Positions 1 to 6,763 of a stretch of DNA of 37,190 nt are shown in pieces (the stretch's first letter is position 1; each line of letters begins with the position of its first letter). Source of the stretch: a virus. The stretch lies in the IMG/VR virus record IMGVR_UViG_3300045594_000115, positions 1 to 37,190 of that record. One strand, written 5' to 3'. The notes beneath the pieces are model-generated. The model made no database searches. It was not told the origin of the DNA and was given only the letters and a program-made list of their open reading frames with translations. The position numbers and the translations under genes were made by a program.

Positions 1-23
1 GACCGGTTTTGATTGAATAAATA
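1..23. repeat. 23-bp terminal overlap (gaccggttttgattgaataaata), identical to 37168..37190
   Basis: Direct comparison of the first and last 23 bases of the window. Consistent with circularisation overlap of an assembly. Confidence 0.95.
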
Positions 24-112
24 GTTGTTGGATTTTTATACCCAGCAACTCTGGAAAGTTTCCTGATACTGTAGCCTTTTTTGTTCATAATTTTTTCGAT
101 GATGTACCACAT
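1..112 (-). CDS. Small XRE-family HTH protein, N-terminal part (gene wraps the window junction; C-terminal part at 37064..37190; 71 aa in total)
   Basis: ATG at 112 is preceded by GAAGGAG. Translation is MWYIIEKIMNKKGYSIRKLSRVAGYKNPTTIYSIKTG..., continuing in frame (after removing the 23-bp overlap) as QSKDPSFSTMIRIADALGVSLDELRPDKQGEKKA*. This is a typical HTH_XRE pattern. Confidence 0.75.
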   Translation of the reverse strand, partial: MWYIIEKIMNKKGYSIRKLSRVAGYKNPTTIYSIKTG

Positions 113-150
113 ATTGATTCTCCTTCGATCTAATGTACGATATGTTGTTT

Positions 151-179
151 TTGTCAATGCACTATCGTATGCTTAACAT
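151..179 (+). promoter_or_regulatory. Candidate sigma-A promoter for the zinc-ribbon gene (-35 TTGTCA, 17-bp spacer, -10 TAACAT)
   Basis: Hexamers read at 151..156 and 174..179. The same TGTCAA read on the other strand is a perfect TTGACA -35 facing the XRE gene. Confidence 0.4.
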
Positions 180-196
180 GTACGAGCGCTAGTACA
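179..196. promoter_or_regulatory. 18-bp near-perfect palindrome TGTACGAGCGCTAGTACA (candidate operator)
   Basis: 16 of 18 positions are self-complementary. It starts at the last base of the putative -10 of the plus-strand promoter (position 179) and covers the predicted transcription start. It uses the same TGTAC/GTACA half-sites as the cI/cro intergenic region. Confidence 0.5.
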
Positions 197-227
197 CCCG
201 TAACTATCATGTTAGGAGGTGAATATC

Positions 228-452
228 ATGGCCAAAAAGTTTAATTTGGGGTCAAAATCTGATATGCGCCGGTTTATGCGTGCAATTGAAGAAGAAGCAA
301 AAGACAAGGCGTCCGATGCTATCATCAATCATTCTTATGATTTTGAATGCCCAAAGTGTGGGACGAAATTTATGGTCCGTGTTGGTTCGCCAAATGTGTG
401 TCCTAAATGCGGCACTTCTGTGAACCTGAAGTTTGATAAAGATTCCATCTAG
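228..452 (+). CDS. Small zinc-ribbon protein (two CPKCG motifs), 74 aa
   Basis: AGGAGG lies 8 nt upstream of the ATG at 228 (the ORF track starts at GTG 219). Motifs are ...FECPKCGTKF...NVCPKCGTSV.... It is one of very few plus-strand genes outside the lysogeny module. Confidence 0.7.
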   Translation: MAKKFNLGSKSDMRRFMRAIEEEAKDKASDAIINHSYDFECPKCGTKFMVRVGSPNVCPKCGTSVNLKFDKDSI

Positions 453-604
453 TCGTCAATCTTCGCTTTCGGCTCAAATCTTTGTATTTCATCGAGTGTT
501 TTTTCTAACTGTCTGGCCAAGTTTTCGGCTTGGCTAAGCAACTTTTTTAAATCTTTAGCATTCGTAAAATTCACGTGTTTTGTAATCACTTTTCGGTCAT
601 TCAT
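449..604 (-). CDS. Hypothetical protein, 51 aa (below the ORF-track cutoff)
   Basis: The ATG at 604 overlaps the TGA of the upstream gene (ATGA) and GGAGG lies 7 nt upstream. Translation is MNDRKVITKHVNFTNAKDLKKLLSQAENLARQLEKTLDEIQRFEPKAKIDD*. Its stop overlaps the convergent zinc-ribbon stop. Confidence 0.5.
   Translation of the reverse strand: MNDRKVITKHVNFTNAKDLKKLLSQAENLARQLEKTLDEIQRFEPKAKIDD
516..548 (+). terminator. Weak candidate terminator after the zinc-ribbon gene
   Basis: GCCAAG-N7-CTTGGC hairpin with a T6 run 8 nt further downstream. It lies inside the small minus-strand ORF, so this is doubtful. Confidence 0.25.
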
Positions 605-933
605 GCTTTTGCCTCCTGTTTAATTAATGGCGTTTCTGAGAAGTCCAGTGCTGCGAAGTGCTTAGCTAGTTTAATTAAATTAAGCAAGCTACCCGAAACT
701 TCGCCGTCAGCACAGATACTATCTGACGCTTCATGAATCATGCGTGTATTTGCCTGAACAATGCCTCCAACGAGCACGATGATGTCTTGCCACTGTGCTT
801 CGGTAACGTCTAGGCAACCACTGTCATAATCACGTTCGATGTCCGCTACTGTTTGATTCAAGGCCGTTTCGTATGCTCGCAGCCGCTTATCCAAGCGTTG
901 CAAATATCTATTCGTCATTTCTTCTGCTGTCAC
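601..933 (-). CDS. Hypothetical early protein, 110 aa
   Basis: GTG start overlaps the upstream stop (GTGA) and AAGGGGG RBS is present. It is part of a tightly coupled operon. Confidence 0.65.
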   Translation of the reverse strand: MTAEEMTNRYLQRLDKRLRAYETALNQTVADIERDYDSGCLDVTEAQWQDIIVLVGGIVQANTRMIHEASDSICADGEVSGSLLNLIKLAKHFAALDFSETPLIKQEAKA

Positions 934-1712
934 ATTCTTTTCCCCCTTACGTCGGTTAGTTTTTCAAAATTTAAGGTGCAATCTTTTGATTTTGGAATAA
1001 TTCGGCTGATTAGTTTGCTGTTGTACATGCGTTCAAGCTCACTCATCTCGTTGTTGGTTGTGATGATCGTTGATAGACGAGGCATGTTGCTTTCAAAATC
1101 AAGACGAGCATTCGCAATGCGGTACATCAGCTCTTGCATGTCACGTCTAACCGGCTTGATGTCGAGCTTCATTCCGCCCTCGGTTCCGAAGTCGTCCAGC
1201 AGCAGCACGTCAGCTTCTTTCATTGCCCGCTCAATGCCCGCTAAACGCTTACGAACGTCTGGTGCATCATATTGCAAGCCCATTAGGTTGCTCAGCTCTG
1301 CTGTTGAGATAAACAGCCCTGACTGGCCTTCATCGCGCAAGCTGGTTAGCATTGCTAAAGCAAGTGATGTCTTGCCTGTTCCACGAGGGCCGAACAAAAT
1401 CACGTTTTCAGGCGTTTTTTGCATTTGCTTTGCCAGCTTGTATGCTCGGTTTCCCAGATCTCTTGATTTCTGCATATCCGTCTGCATTTCAGGCAGCCAT
1501 TTGTCGAACGTAAACTTAGCCGGAACGTTTCCGGGGAAGACTGAGTAGCGATAAATGGCACGTGCCTTTTTACGGTTCAGAGTAGCCATAGAGCGTTCGT
1601 AGAAGCGGTGCTCGATCTCGGCCTGAGTTGGCAGCTTGCTAACGTCCATTCCTCGCTTTTCGATTATTTTTTGCACGTCCGCATGTGTGAATAGGCCCTT
1701 AGTCGACTCCAT
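930..1712 (-). CDS. DnaC/IstB-like AAA+ helicase loader
   Basis: Walker A GPRGTGKTSLA and Walker B LLLDDFG. It sits immediately downstream of the DnaD-like gene. Confidence 0.85.
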   Translation of the reverse strand: MESTKGLFTHADVQKIIEKRGMDVSKLPTQAEIEHRFYERSMATLNRKKARAIYRYSVFPGNVPAKFTFDKWLPEMQTDMQKSRDLGNRAYKLAKQMQKTPENVILFGPRGTGKTSLALAMLTSLRDEGQSGLFISTAELSNLMGLQYDAPDVRKRLAGIERAMKEADVLLLDDFGTEGGMKLDIKPVRRDMQELMYRIANARLDFESNMPRLSTIITTNNEMSELERMYNSKLISRIIPKSKDCTLNFEKLTDVRGKRM

Positions 1713-2469
1713 ATCCCCAGTTCTCCTTTACTTCTTTGCGGTCTGGTTGCTTTTCCGGCGTCTTAGTATCGTATTCGTTTCGCCAACCGTGACCGGTGAA
1801 CCAGTTACCAGCGGTCGTTACAAAGCCTTCTTGCTTGTTGTTTAGCTTGATATAGGCTTTGTATTCAGCAATCTTTGCCAGCACCTGATCCTTAGTCGTT
1901 TCACCAGATTCAACGGCCTGTACATAAGCTTCCTGAGATTTGGCATAGTTGCCTTGTTTCTTTGGGTAGGCTGGCCACACTTCAGTTGCAAACTCTTCAG
2001 GCAGGCTCAACACACTCCCGTCCCCCTTGGGGGATTTAGGGGGTGTTTTAGTCTTACTCAAGTCATTCTCGGTAATACTAAAGAACCGTTCCGCATTCTG
2101 TTCCGCAGGTTGCCCCGCATTCTGTTCCGTTTTTTCTCTCAAGCTGTTCCGTTTTTCTGATAATGGACGTCCATCTGGGCTCAAAGGAACAATTTTATAA
2201 ATGGGACTATCCTCATTTTTCTTGCCCTTCACGTACATGAGAAGCTCTTGCTGTACAAGCACGTTTCTTGCTTTTGATAGTCCGTCATCAGACTTAATGC
2301 CAGTGAGAGACTTAAGATAGTCATTCTGGAGGCGGAAGGAAGCATCTAGTAATCCGCTATCGTTCGCGTAGTCTAGTAACTCGCGATACAGACAAGCTTG
2401 ATTAACGGTGAGTTTCTTTACCGCTACCTTGAACTGACGAAATGCTCGTCGCTGGTTGAAATAGTTCAT
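1699..2469 (-). CDS. Replication initiation / replisome organizer protein (DnaD-like)
   Basis: N-terminal winged-helix-like region (LYRELLDYAN...) and synteny directly upstream of the DnaC-like loader. GGAGGTG RBS. Confidence 0.65.
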   Translation of the reverse strand: MNYFNQRRAFRQFKVAVKKLTVNQACLYRELLDYANDSGLLDASFRLQNDYLKSLTGIKSDDGLSKARNVLVQQELLMYVKGKKNEDSPIYKIVPLSPDGRPLSEKRNSLREKTEQNAGQPAEQNAERFFSITENDLSKTKTPPKSPKGDGSVLSLPEEFATEVWPAYPKKQGNYAKSQEAYVQAVESGETTKDQVLAKIAEYKAYIKLNNKQEGFVTTAGNWFTGHGWRNEYDTKTPEKQPDRKEVKENWGYGVD

Positions 2470-2538
2470 TCGAAGATCACCTCCGTTTTAATGGGCCTCA
2501 CACCCATCCGTATGGTTACGCCATATCGTCCAAGGTTT

Positions 2539-3102
2539 TTAAAATGGAAGATCGTCATCGCTAATGTTAACGGGTTTACCTGAACCGCCAGCAAATGGAT
2601 CAGGAGCTGTTTGTTGGCTCGGTTTAGTAAAAGGAGTGACGTTACTTGATTGCTGTGCTGATGAAACATCTGGACGCCGGACACCATTTGGCTGGCTTGG
2701 CTCGTTCAACAATTTGTGATATCCCTTTACCGTCAAATAAATCTTTCCATTTGTGTTTGGATCATCCCAATCAACATCAATCGTGAGAAGTTTGTTTAAG
2801 ATTGATGCCGCAAACTGACCAACCGAGTCAAAGTTAGTGCCGTCTGTTGCTCCTAAGGCAACCGCCAAAGTGTTGAACCGTTTGATTGACCCATCAAGGT
2901 CTTCATTGCTCCAAGTGATGTTTTGATAGCGAATTTGTCCGCCTTTGTATTTACCATCTTGAACTTCGTAATCTACGGTGATGTAATCATTTCCCTGCTT
3001 CGAATGGTGCATGTCAGCACGGACAATTTTGACGTTATAGCGTCCTGCTTCTTCAACATACTTACCAAAAACATTGTTGTGATCGACTGTGAATAATGGC
3101 AT
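2539..3102 (-). CDS. DUF669-type single-strand-binding-like protein with acidic DDDLPF tail
   Basis: The start was moved to the ATG at 3102 (MPLFTVDH...) because AGGAAGG lies 9 nt upstream. The C-terminus ...NISDDDLPF mimics an SSB tail. It follows the Sak4-like ATPase, as in many siphoviruses. Confidence 0.7.
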   Translation of the reverse strand: MPLFTVDHNNVFGKYVEEAGRYNVKIVRADMHHSKQGNDYITVDYEVQDGKYKGGQIRYQNITWSNEDLDGSIKRFNTLAVALGATDGTNFDSVGQFAASILNKLLTIDVDWDDPNTNGKIYLTVKGYHKLLNEPSQPNGVRRPDVSSAQQSSNVTPFTKPSQQTAPDPFAGGSGKPVNISDDDLPF

Positions 3103-3103
3103 T

Positions 3104-3781
3104 TTAGTTACCTTCCTTTTCATTGGTTGTTGGTTTTTGATTTAAGAGTTCATCGGCTTTGATCAAAGTTCGATCGTCCAAACGATTCTTGGCATGATTT
3201 CCCTGCTCTGGATCAAGATCAATCATGCGTTGGCCTTCCTTCTTATAAAGACGACCCACAAGATCGAACGAAGCTGTGAAGGCGTTGAATGTTTTGGCAT
3301 TCATATCTGCTTCAAAACGACCGTTCTCTCCGATACCAGAGGCACCGTTGTCGATTTGATGTGCTGTCGCATAGATGGTGACGCCACTATTTCTAAGCAT
3401 TGTTCCTAGTTGGCGAAACCACAGTTGCAATTTTTGATAGTTCTGGCGGCCGTCCTTAGAAGCGTTGTCGATATTCTCAAGGACAAGGTTTTGAAGTGAT
3501 GTCATGTTGTCTAACGCAATAGCATCGTATTTATGACTATTAATCGCGTGCTGTAGCCACTTGCTGACGGTTGCTTGAATTGTTGTAAAATCCGCCTCCT
3601 CAACAATTGCCGTGTCCATCTGATCATCGGGTTTGATGACATTCGTTGACTGGTCAAAACTGAACAGAAATTTTTTGCCAGGAAATTGTTTAAAGAGACT
3701 CGTTTTCCCAGTACCACCGTCTCCATATATGAAGTACATATTTGGCATTCTAGGTAGCTTCCCGCTTTCGTAGAATTTCAT
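3104..3781 (-). CDS. Sak4-like RecA-family ATPase (AAA_24)
   Basis: P-loop YGDGGTGKTS near the N-terminus. ATGA overlap with the upstream gene. Synteny with the Gp157-like and DUF669 genes. Confidence 0.8.
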   Translation of the reverse strand: MKFYESGKLPRMPNMYFIYGDGGTGKTSLFKQFPGKKFLFSFDQSTNVIKPDDQMDTAIVEEADFTTIQATVSKWLQHAINSHKYDAIALDNMTSLQNLVLENIDNASKDGRQNYQKLQLWFRQLGTMLRNSGVTIYATAHQIDNGASGIGENGRFEADMNAKTFNAFTASFDLVGRLYKKEGQRMIDLDPEQGNHAKNRLDDRTLIKADELLNQKPTTNEKEGN

Positions 3782-4398
3782 GACAACGCCTCCGTCATTT
3801 GAATTGGCTTAATGTGTGGTGTTTCAGTTCCTGCCGGATCGACATGCATGCCAGGAATTGGTTGGCCATCTTCATCAATGACCTTGTCACCCGCCACAGT
3901 TACTTGCTTCTTAAGTTCTGACACAAGGACTTTTTCGGTTCGCTTGATGACTTGGGTTTGTTCAGATTCGTTCCAATTAGATTTAATGAAGTTTAAAACC
4001 TGTGTTTCATCGGAAATTGCTGGTGTTGCCTTACGTTTAACCGTGAAGCTGACCTTGCCATATGGTGTGTCAAGCTTGAATTTGGGGTCATGCTTCCGAT
4101 TGTTCGCAACATAGGCAAGCACTTCATGCTCAAGATAATTGCGTCGTGACTGACGAGCCTCAAGTGAGTGTTGAAGCCATTCGTTGAGTTGGTCGATGTT
4201 GGCTTGCACCACCTTCCGAGCTTCGGCATCTTCCTTGTTCAATTCACCTAACTTGCGCATTGCCCAAGTAGCTGATCCTAGATCGTGAACAGTATGCGTT
4301 TGGGCTTCCCCAAACTGTTTGATTTCGTCTAATGCCTTGCTATATTCGTCTTCTAGGGCCGGATTCAAAACCGGTGCTGTTTCTGTTGTATTCATCAT
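3778..4398 (-). CDS. Siphovirus Gp157-like / Gam-like early protein
   Basis: Assigned by position upstream of the Sak4-like ATPase and a coiled-coil-rich 206-aa sequence. The family call is from memory of synteny, not an alignment. Confidence 0.45.
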   Translation of the reverse strand: MMNTTETAPVLNPALEDEYSKALDEIKQFGEAQTHTVHDLGSATWAMRKLGELNKEDAEARKVVQANIDQLNEWLQHSLEARQSRRNYLEHEVLAYVANNRKHDPKFKLDTPYGKVSFTVKRKATPAISDETQVLNFIKSNWNESEQTQVIKRTEKVLVSELKKQVTVAGDKVIDEDGQPIPGMHVDPAGTETPHIKPIQMTEALS

Positions 4399-4598
4399 GA
4401 TTTCTCCTCCTGATCATCAGCAGCAATCGCTACACCACTAAGCTCTTCCAAGATGTATTTACGAATCTCTTTTGGATCATCTTTGATGTTGTCACCCTCG
4501 GGGCCAACATTGGTGATGACACTTTCACCAAAAGGAATTGGTTTTCCGCTCCAATCAAGCATGGTCATCAACCGCCTTCCGTGATAAACTTGATACAT
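4395..4598 (-). CDS. Hypothetical protein, 57 to 67 aa; start uncertain
   Basis: An internal ATG near 4568 (MTMLDWSG...) has a GGAAGG RBS, whereas the 4598 ATG has none. Confidence 0.5.
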   Translation of the reverse strand: MYQVYHGRRLMTMLDWSGKPIPFGESVITNVGPEGDNIKDDPKEIRKYILEELSGVAIAADDQEEKS

Positions 4599-4782
4599 AA
4601 TAATATTCGTTCAGTTCTCTATTTCCCGTAGTTGCCGCTACGGGATTTTTTTGTGCGCATTTGTTGAGCATCCGTTGACTAAGTTCGAACATCCAAAGCC
4701 AACCGCTATCTCCGTGGCTCTTGTAAATCACGTTCTCGGCTTGATCATGAATGTCTTGCCAATATGCCTTCGTATCACGCAT
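4555..4782 (-). CDS. Hypothetical protein, 75 aa (trimmed from the 173-aa track ORF)
   Basis: AGGAGG lies 7 nt upstream of the ATG at 4782 (MRDTKAYWQD...). The upstream part of track ORF 4555..5076 overlaps better-supported genes. Confidence 0.5.
   Translation of the reverse strand: MRDTKAYWQDIHDQAENVIYKSHGDSGWLWMFELSQRMLNKCAQKNPVAATTGNRELNEYYYVSSLSRKAVDDHA
4625..4652 (+). terminator. Plus-strand-oriented intrinsic terminator (CCCGTAG-ttgccg-CTACGGG-A-TTTTTTT)
   Basis: A perfect 7-bp stem followed by T7 on the plus strand. There is no U-tract in the minus direction. Confidence 0.5.
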
Positions 4783-4793
4783 AGTTCTTCCTC

Positions 4794-4922
4794 CTAACGT
4801 GTCCATTGTTTCCAACCTCCTACTGCTGTGGCGCCGATCATGATGCCAGCCAGAGCTACAAGAAGATATTTCCAAAAGGCTGATGTTGGATCGAACAGCA
4901 CTGACATGATTGCTTCTAGCAT
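4794..4922 (-). CDS. Small membrane protein, 42 aa
   Basis: GGAGGA lies 7 nt upstream of the ATG. Translation MLEAIMSVLFDPTSAFWKYLLVALAGIMIGATAVGGWKQWTR* has one clear TM segment. Confidence 0.5.
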   Translation of the reverse strand: MLEAIMSVLFDPTSAFWKYLLVALAGIMIGATAVGGWKQWTR

Positions 4923-4924
4923 TG

Positions 4925-5251
4925 TTAGTCCTCCGTATATGTTTCCATGAACTTGTCAACTGCCTTTGAGTACCAACGGTCACGAGACTTGTCGCTCTTC
5001 TTGCGACCATCATTGCCAGATTCGTATCGTGGCATGCCTGATTGATATGCAATACGTTCAAAAGCGTCGGTACCAAGTGACAGCTTCAGCTTTGCACTTA
5101 ACTCGCCCTTGTTCATTCCGTGGCCAGGCAAAGCATCTTCAACAGCTTTGTTTACCATCGCCTGAACCACTGGCTTAAGATTGTCTGCAAGATGAACCGC
5201 AATGAGTTCTGCAAGCTTGTCGTCCTCATTAACTTTCACCGCTACATCCAT
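4925..5251 (-). CDS. Hypothetical early protein, 108 aa (possibly DUF771/excisionase-like)
   Basis: Assigned by position after the Cro/HTH genes and a C-terminal ...RWYSKAVDKFME motif reminiscent of DUF771. Weak call. Confidence 0.4.
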   Translation of the reverse strand: MDVAVKVNEDDKLAELIAVHLADNLKPVVQAMVNKAVEDALPGHGMNKGELSAKLKLSLGTDAFERIAYQSGMPRYESGNDGRKKSDKSRDRWYSKAVDKFMETYTED

Positions 5252-5715
5252 GCTTTCACCTTCTCTACTGGTCTGGTTTGGGACTTTAGTGATCCGATTA
5301 GACTTTCCAGACTTTCAACTAGTGATTCGCCTGAATCGATGTATGATCTGATCTTGCTAACATCGGTTGGTGTGAAGTGATCACGTCCTTTAGACATCGC
5401 TGGCTCTGCTCGTTCTCTAGCCTCTTCAAATTTCTTTTGGGCCATTTTTTCGTGGAGATAAACAACGTATGGATCGTCAGTATCAAGATCATCAGCGAAT
5501 ACTCTTAATCCAGTCTGATATTCGATCACCGCGTTAAGAAATCGATCATTGCCAATTGCAAGTGCCATGGGAATCAACTTATCGTCCGGTATGCCTCTTG
5601 CTTCCCAATTGCTGACAGCGGCTTGCGTAACGTGCATTTTCGCAGCTAAACTCTTGCGGGTTAGGCCCTCTTCTTGAAGACCTCTTGAAAGTTCCTGAAA
5701 GATGTTAATTGCCAT
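5242..5715 (-). CDS. XRE-family HTH regulator, 157 aa
   Basis: AAAGGAGG RBS before the ATG at 5715. The sequence LTRKSLAAKMHVTQAAVSNWEARG is a classical HTH_3 motif. Confidence 0.75.
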   Translation of the reverse strand: MAINIFQELSRGLQEEGLTRKSLAAKMHVTQAAVSNWEARGIPDDKLIPMALAIGNDRFLNAVIEYQTGLRVFADDLDTDDPYVVYLHEKMAQKKFEEARERAEPAMSKGRDHFTPTDVSKIRSYIDSGESLVESLESLIGSLKSQTRPVEKVKAWM

Positions 5716-5777
5716 AACCACACCTCCTTTAAATGTGTACCGCCGATATAGTAGTTTCACGGCGATATATGCGATGA

Positions 5778-5936
5778 TTAAGCTGTAGCAAGGTAATCAA
5801 TCATTTCGTTCCTTGCACGTTCCCTTTCAGCACTGATTGCCATTTCGAGCATGTCATCGTCCATGGTTTCCCAAAAAGCTTTGGGCTTATCATCGCGGTA
5901 GCTCATCAGCGCTTCGATCATTTGCTGTCGATTCAT
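5778..5936 (-). CDS. Hypothetical protein, 52 aa (below the ORF-track cutoff)
   Basis: AGGAGG lies 7 nt upstream. The ATG overlaps the cro-like stop (ATGA). Translation begins MNRQQMIEALMSYRDDKPKAFWETMDDDMLEMAISAERERARNEMIDYLATA*. Confidence 0.55.
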   Translation of the reverse strand: MNRQQMIEALMSYRDDKPKAFWETMDDDMLEMAISAERERARNEMIDYLATA

Positions 5937-6175
5937 TTGACTGCCTCCTCTCGCTGGGCGTGAATGTGTTTACTTGTACTAATAGTATTATAGGTTCCAT
6001 ACAAAAGATCGTTTGGCGTTGTATTAAGTGCTGCTGCCAGAGCAATCAATGTTTTTGTAGAGCCATCTCGCCGTCCGTTCTCGATTGACTGAATCATAGA
6101 GACAGATAGATGAACACGGTTTGCTAGCTCTTCTTGACTCATTCCAGATCGAACTCGAGCCTGCTTTAACTTCAT
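5933..6175 (-). CDS. Cro-like XRE HTH repressor, first gene of the early lytic operon
   Basis: The start was moved to the ATG at 6175 (AAAGGAGG RBS). The sequence MSQEELANRVHLSVSMIQSIENGRR is an HTH motif. It is divergent from the CI-like gene. Confidence 0.8.
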   Translation of the reverse strand: MKLKQARVRSGMSQEELANRVHLSVSMIQSIENGRRDGSTKTLIALAAALNTTPNDLLYGTYNTISTSKHIHAQREEAVK

Positions 6176-6195
6176 GTTATGACCTCCTTTGCTTA

Positions 6196-6210
6196 TGTAC
6201 ATATAGTACA
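6196..6210. promoter_or_regulatory. Operator-like palindrome TGTAC-ATATA-GTACA, with further TGTACA hexamers at 6220 and 6239 and AGTACA at 6275
   Basis: The repeats were read directly. They overlap the -10 and +1 of the leftward promoter. Confidence 0.55.
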
Positions 6211-6231
6211 GTTACTAACTGTACATGTCAA
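6203..6231 (-). promoter_or_regulatory. Early lytic promoter (minus strand: -35 TTGACA, 17 bp, -10 TACTAT)
   Basis: Perfect -35 at 6226..6231 (plus-strand tgtcaa) and -10 at 6203..6208. Confidence 0.6.
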
Positions 6232-6260
6232 CTCTTTTTGTACATATTTTTTGATATTTA

Positions 6261-6289
6261 TAGCCATTACTAAGAGTACAACATATAAT
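6261..6289 (+). promoter_or_regulatory. Candidate repressor promoter (-35 TAGCCA, 17 bp, -10 TATAAT)
   Basis: Perfect TATAAT at 6284..6289, 21 nt upstream of the CI-like ATG. GGAGGTG RBS at 6299. Confidence 0.5.
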
Positions 6290-6310
6290 ACTAATCGTGG
6301 AGGTGCTTAT

Positions 6311-6745
6311 ATGACTACTGGAGAACGTATCGCAAGCTTGCGTAAAGAGCACTCAATGACTCAACCAATGCTTGCAGAAAAAATGAACGTGAGCCAAAGC
6401 ACTGTCACTAGCTGGGAAAATGATAGACGCGGTGTAAGCAACGAAGACCTAAGAAAAATGTCTAAATTATTTGATGTTTCTATTGACTATCTTCTTGGAA
6501 ACTCAGATAAACGCCACTACTATTCATTGACAGACAAGGACTACAAAGATGTTGAAGCCATTCTGAACGATGCTATGAATGGCATTACTGGGAAAACTGG
6601 AGTTAATTATTTCAAAAATGGGGGTGAACTTACGGATGAAGACCGTGCTTTGTTAGAAGCCTCAATGAGACAGACAATCATTTTGGCCAAAGAACTAGCA
6701 AAAAAGAAGTTCACCCCCAAAAAGTATCGCGGTAGCGAAGAGTGA
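6311..6745 (+). CDS. CI-like / ImmR-like XRE repressor, 144 aa
   Basis: The sequence MTQPMLAEKMNVSQSTVTSWENDRRG is an HTH motif. It is divergent from the cro-like gene and followed by an ImmA-type protease. Confidence 0.85.
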   Translation: MTTGERIASLRKEHSMTQPMLAEKMNVSQSTVTSWENDRRGVSNEDLRKMSKLFDVSIDYLLGNSDKRHYYSLTDKDYKDVEAILNDAMNGITGKTGVNYFKNGGELTDEDRALLEASMRQTIILAKELAKKKFTPKKYRGSEE

Positions 6746-6763
6746 CTTGGGGGGTGACTTCTA

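Noticed and set aside
1-23. The 23-bp terminal repeat as a biological direct terminal repeat or cos end
   Set aside because: The PBSX/SPP1-type terminase and portal suggest headful packaging. The repeat falls in the middle of an intact ORF, and its length is typical of an assembler circularisation overlap. This still needs read-level confirmation.
853-1548. 231-aa plus-strand ORF overlapping the DnaC-like gene
   Set aside because: It is the antisense shadow of a well-supported minus-strand gene. The translation is low-complexity (S/L/R/F-rich), there is no RBS, and it is out of step with the operon organisation.
4555-5076. 173-aa minus-strand ORF from the track
   Set aside because: Its upstream two-thirds overlaps the better-supported 108-aa gene (4925..5251) and a 42-aa RBS-preceded ORF (4794..4922) in other frames. 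Only the distal 75 aa, starting at the AGGAGG-preceded ATG at 4782, was kept.
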